A stretch of 64,000 bases of DNA from Cenococcum geophilum (taxonomy: Eukaryota), in contig CP158635.1 of assembly GCA_050273025.1 (NCBI GenBank), forward strand, positions 4,216,001 through 4,280,000. The letters run 5' to 3'. The translations under genes and the position numbers were made by a program. Shown one piece after another: positions 24,201-35,281 of the stretch. The notes beneath the pieces were generated by a model. The model worked only from the letters and a program-made list of their open reading frames with translations. It had not been told where the DNA came from and ran no database searches. Numbering within the stretch: the first letter of the stretch is position 1; each line of letters starts with the position of its first letter.

Positions 24201-27200
24201 TGCTACTAGGTGCTATCTATCTTAATGTTTTTATATAAAGTATACCCCTAGTATATAATCTAATATATCTATTTCTATAACCGTTTCTAGTTCTAGTTAA
24301 TAGATTTTAAGAACTAGCTCCTAGGTAAACAATTTTTTAACTTTTTTAAATAATTCTTATTGCTCCTCTCCCTATACCTATAGTTCCTCTTTCTTTATTA
24401 ATCGCGTAAATGGCTTAATGTCTTTTAACTATTACGCTATAAACCTTCTACAGTAATTGCAAACCCCTAAAAATAATCTTAACTATATAGCGTTCTCTAG
24501 TTCTTACCAATTTACTATAACCTTAATCTTCTTTAGATTTATACTAAGTTGGCCTAGTTTAATAATAAATCTAACGAAATCAGTCTTCCTAGTGAAGAAT
24601 TCGCATTTCTTAATTACTACTAGCATCTGTTCCTTCTATAGTCTCTTTAAAACCCATTTAACGTGTTCTCTGTACTCTTCCTTAGTTATAAAGTAAATAA
24701 TAATATTATTAAGATATACTATAACAAATTTATCTAGGTGTTCTCCTAATACATTATTAATACATTTCTAAAACGTTACTAGTGTGTTTATAAGCCTAAA
24801 TTGTATAACTAATGGTTTATATAGTCCTTTCTTTAACCTAAAAGCTGCCTTTTATTTATTACCTTCCTTAATTCTAATCTAATAGTACGCCTATCTTAGA
24901 TCTATCTTTATAAAGATTTATACGTTACCTATCCTGTCTTAAATTTCGCTAATTAAGGGTAAAGGATATCTATCCTTTCTAGTAATGCTGTTTAACTATC
25001 TATAGTCAATATATAGCCTTAGTTTGCCATTTTTCTTTAGTATAAATAGTACTGGATAACCTGCTAATAACTGCGATAGTCTAATATATCCCTTTTATAA
25101 ATTTTCCTAAACAAACTCCTTTAATGCCCTTTCTTCTTCCTTAGTAAGCTTATAAATTAAAAAGAACCTTAAACTTATTCCTAGTTCTAATTCTATTTTA
25201 TAGTCCTATACTATATAATCTAACAGCTTTTTACTTTTTAGTAACTATAGTTTCTTGCCATACTTATAGTATCTCTTTAGTACATAGCTTAGTCCTTTCT
25301 CTATTTCTTTATAGGTCGCCCCTACTTAGTACTATACCAACTTAGCTTATTATTGCAACTTATAGCGTTAAGTATTTCTAATATCGACTTAACCTATAAT
25401 CTAATCGATCTTTAGATTATATTCCTATAACTAAGGCATTCCTAGTACTACCTTATCCCGTCCTAATAGTAGGATATTAAAAGATATCTTAATTCGTCTT
25501 CCTTTAATAGTTATTTAAATAGGTCCTATTTTAAGATTAATAATCCCTCCTCTATAGGTTATTAGATCTCCTAAAATTATAACTAATAAGTAAGGTTATT
25601 CCTTCTGTCTATAAGGTAGTCCTATTCTTTTAACTACTACTAGTAAAATATAGTTTCGCGTTACTCCACTATCTATTAGCGCTTCAAATTGCTAATCTTA
25701 CCACTTTACTTGTAAATTTAGGTGTTATTCTTAAATTCCCTTAAGGGTCTAAGGCTCTACTACTGGCTCCCTTTAGTCCTATGGGCCTCTACTTTTCCTA
25801 ACTATTAGCTACTTAATCTTATTTATACTTAGTCTAACTTTAGCCAATACTTAGTTCGCTTTTTATCTTTAATATACTATAGACACGTATTTTCTAAGCA
25901 TTCCCACTACTATTATCCATCTAAGTATTCTTCTATAAGGAATCGTCCTAGCTAAAGTATTAAGTCCCCTTAGCTTTATACTTCTACTAGGTGCCAACTA
26001 TATATATACTTAGTATTCCTATATTTCGCCTTATCTAATAACTAATATATCCTTACTGGGTATTTTCGGTTCTTATCTTTTAGTGCTCTATACATATTAT
26101 ACGCATTATCTACGTATATAATCCATGCCAATATATAGTATGCTTAGTGTTTTAGGTTAACTCTTAGCTCATCTTTATCCTTAAGTTTAAACCTTTCTCG
26201 TGTTAATCTAAGCGTTGTAACTTCTTTTATAGGTACTGTAATTTGCCTCTCGCTTCTCTAGTCCTTTAATTACTCCTTTAGATCCTTTAATGTTACAATT
26301 AAGGCTCCTTTAATATAACTTATAACCTTCTCTATAATCGGGTGGTTTTAGATAACTTTTTTATCCAACTATATATAGAAATCTTCCCACTCGTCGTTAT
26401 ATCATTGCCTATACTACTTTTAGTACAGTCCTTTAAGTATATACAGCTCGTCCGTAAGGAAGTATCTTCTTATTACTATATTATAATAGCCTTTTATATG
26501 TTGTTCTTTAAACCTAGTAAGAATCCCTAAATCCTCTTTGTTTTCTAGTTCGGTAAGCCACTTAGCTCTTAATATACCTACCCTAGGCCTATTAGTAATT
26601 CTTTATACTAGCGCTCTATCCCTTACACGTCCCTATATACTAGATCTTTTATTTAGTTTCTATTCTTGCTATACAATAATTCTTTATCTAAATTCTTTTA
26701 TAGTTTCTTTTGGTTTGCGTCTTGTAAATAAATCCTCAAAGTCTTCTTACTTCTTAATCTTAGTATTAATTCTTTAATCTTTAGGTCGAACACTGTATTC
26801 TCCTAGTAAGTCTTCTAGGTCTATATATCTGTCTCCTAGTCTAGTTATTATTTACGCTATAGATTCTCTAATCTATAAAGAAGCCTCTTACCTCTTATTT
26901 ATAGGTGTCCTTATTTATACCCCAAATTCTTAACCCCTTTAGATTCTTAATCCTAAGCTTGCTTCTATCTTAAGCTTACTTAGTATTCTCGTCTTATCTT
27001 AAGAATCTTAAATCTTACTTATCTCGTCTTAAGAGTCTTATATCCGTAAAAAACTCTATCCCAAGCTCATTCATATATCTTTAAACTAAGCTATTACTCT
27101 ACTTTATTAGTTATCGTCCGTTATAGGTCCTTAAGCTTACCTTATCTTATCTTAAGAATCTTAGTCGTCTTGTATCTCGTCTTAAGAATTTTAAGCTTTT

Positions 27201-29192
27201 AGCCTTTTACCTTTATTAAGTGCCGAAGTAGCTCGCTATCCTACTTCTCTTACATCTTATAAAGCGATAGACATCGTATCTAGTGGGGTCTTGATCCCTA
27301 CTAATGTTCCTTATTTTATAGTAAAATCATCCTCTACCTCTAGTATAACATCTCTAAGGTTTACGTGCTCCTAGTAAGCCGCTTTTATCGCCTTATTATT
27401 ATAAAATGTTTTGCCTATATTAAAGTTATCGTCCTTAATATCCGATCTGCAAACTAGTTCGTTAGTTCCTTTATATTCCGCTAAGTATAGCTCTTATAGC
27501 TAATAGCTTACGCCGTACTTAGCGTCCTTATAAATTCGGCATGCATTATTATAATAAAACGTAAAACTTTTAATTAAATATTCTTTTGTTCCTCGCAGTA
27601 TATTATTGTCCCTCTATACGTATATATCGTCTACTAGTCTTATTCCTTTTACTATATAGTAACCCTAACTACTCCTGCAGTCTCTAATATAATAACTCTA
27701 TTTTCCGCAATTTATGCAAGCTCCTTCCTTAAACTATTTTTCTTACTATAGAGTCCGCCTAAATGTCTTCTGCTGTTAAGATCCCTAATTTAACCTCTGC
27801 TCTTTAAACCTTTAATTACTTAAACCTTATCCTCTAGGTTTCCATAGTCTCTTACCCCATTTCTTATAGGCTTCTTTAGTACTACTTAGGTCTATTAGCT
27901 CTGCGCTATACTATAGTTTTTAACTTAGCTTTAGTCGTTGCGTACTCTATACCTTATATAACTATAGAACTCTATCTTAGCCCCTCTTAGCCTATTCCCT
28001 TTAGTAGATCTAATTATTAATCTTAATTACTTAATCTATTAGTTCCCTTAGAGTGTCCACATCTTCTATTAGGATAATCGCGTCCTAGACTTTAGCCTTA
28101 AGTCCTTATTTATACTATACTATAAGCGCCTTATTATTCTACTTAACTTATATCGCTAACGTTTAGAACTGCGTTATATACTTAATTGCTAAGGTTTATT
28201 ATATAATATCTTAGAGTTTTCTTTCCGCTATAGTTACCGCCTCTAGGTCTCTAAATATCTATATTAGTTGTTCTGTAAACCCTTCCTAGCTTATAAATAT
28301 AAACCATACTTCTTAATTAGTAGTCATTATGCCATTCGCTTATATTTCCGTAAGGTAAAGCTTAAACTACTTAAGTGCTCTTCCTAACAGGAATAGTCCC
28401 GCATATACTATTCAATCTATAAGTGTTAGCAGCTTTGCCCCTTCTTATATAACCTTAAAGTGCATTTATATAAGGAATCCTTTAAGTTTTAATCTTTCTC
28501 CTAAGTACCTTTCGATTAATAGTAGCTTAATCTTTACTGCTCCTATCCCGTTAATCCTATTTTCTAACATTACATTATTTTCTATTAGCTAGTTAACTAT
28601 CTCTTATAGTTATCTAACTGTTATAGGTTGCTATAAGTTAGTGTTTACTATACTAGTGTCGTTACCTAACCTTAAAGTAGTTGCCGCCGTTAATAGCGTT
28701 GTGGTTAGTGCTTTTAGTGGCATATTATTTAACTTTCTATATTTAATACCGTAACTAGGTAGTAATTATATAACGGAACCTTATAGCAAGTACTACGATA
28801 GGCTTATTAATAGGCTAGGTGTGTAGGTAATATAAATTAAAGTTAACAACGTAATAATAACTAGTGGAGTGGTTGCCTAATAAATTAACTCTAATTGTAT
28901 TCTAAGAATTACTATAAGGAAGAAACTATCTAGGTAGGGATTAAGGGTCCTTAAATACACAACCGTACTCCTATAAAATCCTTCTTATACGTAATATACG
29001 TATACTTTATCTGCTCTGTTATAGATCCTATAAATCCTACAAATTATATAGATTACGTCACGTGACCTTGGTTACTATTCTTTGTTATATAGCTCTATCG
29101 GCTCTATTCTAGACCATGCTTATATTAACCAACTAGTTTCTTCTAACTCTTCCCTAAGTAGTTGTAATATTGTACTTAAAGCGTCCGTAACA
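21252..29192 (-). mobile_element. Full-length Ty3/Gypsy family C with extended gag and an antisense 3' ORF, RIP-inactivated
   Basis: 424-bp LTRs at 21252-21675 and 28769-29192; TSD TATTT (21247-21251 / 29193-29197); degenerate RT, RH, INT and chromodomain in ~22480-25700. Confidence 0.93.
21784..22480 (+). pseudogene. Antisense accessory gene in Gypsy family C: Cys-rich (CxxC...C...CxxC...C) domain plus coiled coil; probably spliced; end approximate
   Basis: De-RIP reading MPK.ISSS.TARRIRT..AILSLGEIMPSPCSRCSKKGLVCI.LANPSSRQPSSCSECTKANI..SCD..SVS.., then ..EAADTQQQALESRL.ASARLIRLEK.HEKVRF. The second copy (1-470, minus strand) keeps different unmutated codons, e.g. TGC in AAG TGC ACT AAA GCG. 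Confidence 0.6.
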
Positions 29193-29444
29193 TATTTGTA
29201 TTGAGCGGCAATCATTTACCTTTATATTATATCTATTTAGCTAAAGTAGGCCGCGAAGGATAATCCTTATAGAATTCTTTTACTAAGGATAGCGCGTCGG
29301 CCTTAATCTGGTTATAGGTTTCCTAGGTTCGTGTTTTATATCCTTTCCACTTAATAAGAAGTTTAAATTGTTTAGATTATATTTTCTATTATATATTATT
29401 AATTAAGTTAATAAAGTAAGAACCATTACCGTTATTAATAATTA

Positions 29445-30391
29445 GTAGTAGTAGTAGATTCAATTTACCGTCCGACCCAGTCCCCCTAATGGGTCCACGC
29501 AGACTAATTCCTATGGAAAAAGCTTATATTATATTAAGAAAACCTATTTTTGGGTAAACAAAAAACCTCCAGGGGAAACGTGAGAGGTAATACTTCTAGA
29601 TAGCATCCGTATTACATTAACGGGAGGAGAAAAACACCATCAGGTTACTGCTTTGAGACTCCCCTTGCGCGAGAGTGTCTAAAATGCCTGTCTTGCCCCG
29701 TCTGCCACTTAAACCATTTTTGCCACGTCTGTGTATTGCCTATATAAAGTCGTGTGCCTGTCCCTAGCTCCTTTTCTAAGTCTCCTGTAAATATCTCCTA
29801 ATAATAACGCTTGCGCTCCGCCTGGGCCTATATGCTAAGGTCTCTTATCCATTCCTTTATTAAAAGGTTTCTATAACAGGGTGTATATAACTTAGTATTG
29901 CTTTTGCCCTAGGGCCTAAACCTAGGCCCTTACACCTATTTATAAGGTATAGAAGAACGCTCTAATATTTAATAGGGGGGACTAGTCCCTATAACTAGAT
30001 ACCTAGGTTACTAGGTAATGTTAAAATAGGGGGCCTCTGCTACGCTTAGGGCGCGGATTATTTGCGTATGTATGTGGTTACTGTGCGGTATATATAGTAT
30101 TTATAGGAGGGAGGGGGTACGCCGAAGGGATAATTGCTTGTTAATTTGAATAACTAAACGTGTATAATAGACGTAGTAGCTATATTTAAACTTTTTACTA
30201 AGGCTCACCCCCTAGTGAAATTTTTTTACACCACCACCACCATGTCGCTGCGTAGGCGCTGCGCAGCCGTATATACGTCTCTGCGTTTGCTCTGGTAGTC
30301 TATTAACACGATCTAAATGGAACATCAATAGTAACTGCCAGGTTCCCGGGCTCCACCGCGTGGAGGTGCAGAGGCCGATTTCATTAAGCCC
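29445..30391 (-). mobile_element. Non-autonomous retroposon (SINE-like, 947 bp) with an HDV-like ribozyme head and a Tad1-like LINE tail
   Basis: 13-bp TSD TTATTAATAATTA (29432-29444 / 30392-30404). The 3' end ...GGACCCATTAGGGGGACTGGGTCGGACGGTAAATTGAATC(TAC)n closely matches the LINE end at ~53234-53278. The body does not resemble LINE ORF2. Confidence 0.88.
30277..30391 (-). ncRNA. HDV-like self-cleaving ribozyme (predicted)
   Basis: Minus strand: P1 GGGCUUA / J1-2 / P2 GCCUCUGC / P3 ACC / L3 UCCACGC / P3' GGU / P1' GGAGCCC / P1.1 GG / long P4 (CUGGCAGU..CUAUUGAU paired with GUUAAUAG.ACUACCAG) / J4-2 CAAAC (candidate catalytic C at 30289) / P2' GCAGAGAC. Confidence 0.8.
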
Positions 30392-33300
30392 TTATTAATA
30401 ATTATAGGGGGTAGCGGCGGTACTTTATAAGTTAAAGGTTTACCTTTTAAAGGTTATAGTAAGCTTACGTAAAACGTTGGGTATATTTTTATTTTAGTTA
30501 GTAGTTTAAGCTTATAGGTATATAGGCTTAGTTTCTTCTTAACTTAGTATAGGCCCGCAAACTTCCAATTAAGTTTTTTTAAGGGTTATTAAGTCTTGAG
30601 GTTTTGCATATTTAGGTAAACTATATTACCTTCTTTAAAGTCCTATATAGGAGCTTATCCTTTATTCGCATGCTATTCCTATACTATTTAAGCATACGTT
30701 AATTTACTTTATAATAGTTCCGTTAACTACTTTATTTAATTAGCGAAGTTATATATATTAATTAACTAAATCTATTTAATCGTGGGTCCTATTATATTAA
30801 TTTTGGGTTATAGTTTAAATCTAAGTTAAGGGTCTTATCCGTATGTTACGTAGAACGGCGTTACGCCTATTAATAAGTTTATTATATTATTTGCAGTAAA
30901 CTTAGCTAAAAGCAGCCATTTTTCTTAGTTGTTTTATAGGTAGGAGTAGTATATTTATAGGTATTATTCTATAATCGCGTTTACAATTTTAGTTTAACCA
31001 TTTATCTCTAGATAAAAAGCGGTTAAGAGTCGTGTTTAAATACTTAATTATTTATATAGAGTTTGCTAGAAGTCTAAAACAAACTAGCTTCTATAGTTGG
31101 ATATTATTAAGTTAAAAAGTCTATGTAACTTAAAGATATACTTAATAAAACATTTAGCTACTAATATCGCATTAATTAAGTCTATGGGGATTATATATCG
31201 CATTTTTATAAGACGGTTAATAACTACTATAATGTTTGTGAACCTATTACTGCTAGGCAAGTTAACTATAGAGTTAATTAAGATATCGCGCTATCTTTAT
31301 ATCGGAATTAGTAGTGGTTAAAGTACTCCTTACTTCTTTATATAAGAGGTCTTTCTATATATGCACATCCTATATACTTAAATGTATTTTCGTATATAGT
31401 TATATATTATAGGCTAGTAGTATACTTATTAAACAATTTTATAAGTCTTTGTATAGCCAGGATGTCCTACTACTAGGGAGTTGTGTATAAATCCAAGTAT
31501 CTTAAATTATAAAGATTCGGAATTCGGAACTACTATCTTCTATTAATAGTATAATCAGTTATTTTAATTTTCGCATTTAGCGAGTGTAATATCCTTATAC
31601 TATTATTTTCCTAATTAAATTGCTTTTATTATATCTATTATCTATATATTATTCTTATATTTGTATTTTATTAGCTTATTAATTTCTATTTCCTATTTAT
31701 TAACTTCTAATTTATTTTTATTAAGCTCCGTATTTAGGAATATAGGGCGTAGTTTTTTAAAGCGTTTAGGAGGCAGTAGAATTTGTAATTAATTTATAAT
31801 CCATTTATTAGAGGCGTTTATAGGTAAGTCCTATAATTATTATATTAATAAGTTAGGCTTCTAATTAAGTTTACTAGGTTAGTATATAATCTTAAAGTTA
31901 GATTATAAAAGGTATTCGGCCTAACAAATTTAGCGTTATATTAATTGCTTTATAGTTATAAAGTACTATAGGTTTTTATAGTCTATTAATACGCGTATTA
32001 GAAATAATAATCCTTTAAGTTCTAGACGCTATTATTTAAAGTATTTAATAATTATAAGCAGTTCCTTATTATATATCTTATAGTTTAATTTAGTAAAGGT
32101 AAATTTTTAGGGGAGAAAGGCTACTAGGCGCAGCTCGCCGTTTTTATTATATTGTAATAACACTCCTCCTAGTATATAATTAAACAAGTCTGTTTTAATA
32201 ATATATTTAAGGTCCGGATTAAAGTAGGTAAGAATTAGAGCAGTTATAAAATAATATTTTAGGTTATTAAAAGCTTATTCGTATTTAGTAGTCTATTTAA
32301 ATCTTATATTCTTCCTTATTAAGTTTATTAATAGCTAAATAATCTTTAAGAAGTAATTAATAAATTAATAATAGAAATTTACAAATTCTAGAAATCTTTA
32401 GATGTTTTATATATTACTAGGACTTTCCTAATTCACAATTATAGCGATTTTTTTAGGGTTTATTTTAATTCCGTTGCGGGATATAATTAGGCTTAAGTAT
32501 ATAACTTTAGATACGTAAAACTTATATTTCTTAATATCGCATTATAAGCCTACGTCTTATAGGCGTTTAAGAACTATTCGGACGTGCTTCTAATATTTAA
32601 AAAGTAAAATAAAATAAAATAAGATATTATTAATATACGCGGTAATAAATACATTAAGGAATTTGTAAAGTGTATTATTAATATATTACTAAAATATACT
32701 AGGACCGTTCTTTATACTAAATAGCATTGCTAGGTATTTAAAAAGTCCCTATTATATATAAAAGGCCGTATACTTCTTATCTCCTTTATAAATACAGATT
32801 CGGTTAAAGGTAGCAACTACATTAAGCTTTATAAAGTATTATGCTTTTACTAAGTAGTTAAGCGTTTCTTAAAGTAGAGGAATTAAATATTGGTTTTAAA
32901 TTATAATTGCATTTAAGGCTTAATAATTAATATAGAACCTTAAGCCTTCTTTAGGTTTCTTAATAAATAGTATAGGTAAGGTAAATAGTAATTAATTAGG
33001 GCGAATAAATCCTTTCTCTAGGTGCTCTTTAAGGTATTATTACATTATAAGTAGCTCTTCTCGCGATATACCGTATAATGGGCCGAACTTTGGCGTTATA
33101 CTAGGTTTAAGTTTTATCTTAAAATCGTACTTATTTTAATGCGGGGGTAGTTAGTCTATAAATCGTTTCTTAAACGTATTAATTAGGTTATAATATTCTT
33201 TAGGTATAAGAGGTCGGGGGTTAATATATTGCTTTAGTTTTAACGCCTTTTTAATATCTTCTAACGTTATAGTAAAGATCTTATAGTCTTAATTTCTTAC

Positions 33301-34022
33301 TAATAAATAAAAGGGTACGGCTTATACTATATAAATTTTAAGGGGTTTTAATATATTATCTTCGCATTATTTACCGGAATTAGTCGTTATAACTTTATTA
33401 TATTGGTTTAAGGTTTATAGTAAGGGCAATTTATATTATATTAAATTTAAATAGTTATATGCATATTTATAGAGCAAGTGATATTTTAAGTAATAGCTTT
33501 AACAGTAGGTTGTACGGAATTTTAGTGTTTCTTTAACCCAGCTAATTAAAGGGTTGTGTTATTTTAGCTATTTATATCTAAGTATTACCTTATAATGCTT
33601 TAAGGGTATTATAAATAGGGAAATGTATTTAAGGTGTTTGCCTATTCGCATCTTTATAAAAGTATAGTATATTAGTTTACTATATATTAAAGGCTTACTA
33701 TTAAAGCCTTCTAGGCCTTAGGGCTTATTAAGTTTCTTTAAGTTTAAGCGTTAAGTTTTCGCGTAGTTTGTATTAATAAAGCCTATACTAGTAGCTCCGC
33801 TATCTATAAGGATTTATACTTCCTTCTATTTTCTAAGTATTTAAATTTCGCTAAGTATATTAAGGGAGTTGTGTTATATATTAGCGCTAAAAGAGCCTAA
33901 ACACTTATACTCTTTTACTTCTTATCCTAAGGCGTAACTTAGCCTTAAGATAATTTGTTTTCTAAATTAACTAAAGGTAAGATGCTTTATAGCGACTAAG
34001 TATAATTTATAAAATAAGTATA

Positions 34023-34234
34023 TGTTGGAACCACGGTAGGGGGTAATTGGTTTCAATCGATTTCTTCTCTCTCTCTCGCAGAGGATCGTAAGGATCGCGG
34101 TGCCTAAATAGGGGGGGCTGAGGTCGGACTATCTATCGGGCCGTAGGTGGTCAGGTGACCTACGCTACGCCATGCGGCCCCTGCCGCATACGCTCTGCGC
34201 GTAATGCAATTTACAACCTCTACTTGTACAGACA
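34023..34234. mobile_element. Solo LTR (212 bp) in the gag/pol region of Gypsy D
   Basis: TGTTGG...CAGACA ends; GTATA on both sides (34018-34022 / 34235-34239); GC-rich and little mutated. Confidence 0.75.
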
Positions 34235-35281
34235 GTATAATTTGTAAAATAAGTACAATTTAAGGACTAAGAGGAGCTACGGCGGACCTTTTTAAAAGGG
34301 TAAGTTTAGCAATCCCTTTAAATATATCCCTTTTTTCCACATCTAAAATATTCTCTATTTGCGGCTTATATTCTTTATTTATTAATTCCTAAGGGTATAT
34401 AGGATTAAGTGGCGTTAAGGTCTATAGGGTTATATATAGGGCTTTTAGGTCTTAGAGATGGATTGCGCTTTAGGGTATATATTAGTTTTATAGAGTTTTA
34501 AACATAAGATATAGTTAGCTTTAGAGAATAAGTCTACTTATTATATCGGAGGTCTTTATTAATTTATTAACATATTATAGCAAATTTAGGTAAGTTTTTT
34601 TTAGCAGTTCTCTACCTACTAACTATACTCTTATTTTATCTAAAATAGCTTAACGGAGAGCAGTAACTTTAGCGGCTTTATTCTAATTTAGTTTACTAAT
34701 AAGGCCTAAAAATTCCAAAATAAAGCTAGTAAAGTCTCGGTTCCGTTATTATAGGTTTTTAGGTTTAGTAACAGCTGTATATTCGCGGCTAGTGTTATTA
34801 TACATTTATTCTAATAGAGAGATAAATATTTTAAAATTAACAAAGATGCCATTATAAAAGAATGGGTTTATAGTTTATATAGCGTTTTTACTTAAATAAG
34901 ATATTCTATAGCTAATCTTACTAGCTTTAGTAGGGTATTAGTTATAGTTTATTAAAAATTTAAGACGGAGCTTAGTTATAAAGAGACGTAGGTTATTTTA
35001 ATTTTTATTAAATATTGGAAGGTTAGGGAGCTTTTTAGATTTTATAATAGGTACTAGGTTTATTATAGGTATAGGTTAAGCTACTATTACTAGTTTAGGG
35101 TTCGTATTTAACGGGCCGGGTTTATATATAGTTATTTTAATTTCGTCTGCAGGTATTGCTATTAGGGTCTCTAATATAAGTGCTTTAAGGTTACAGAGTT
35201 CTTTACGGATTGCTTCTATTAATTACTAATGCTAAGCTTTTAATATCGCTTACTGTTAGGCCAAGGCATCTATAAAGGACT

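Noticed and set aside
30270..30391. tRNA- or 5S-derived SINE head
   Set aside because: No cloverleaf or convincing A/B boxes; the sequence is fully accounted for by the HDV-like fold.
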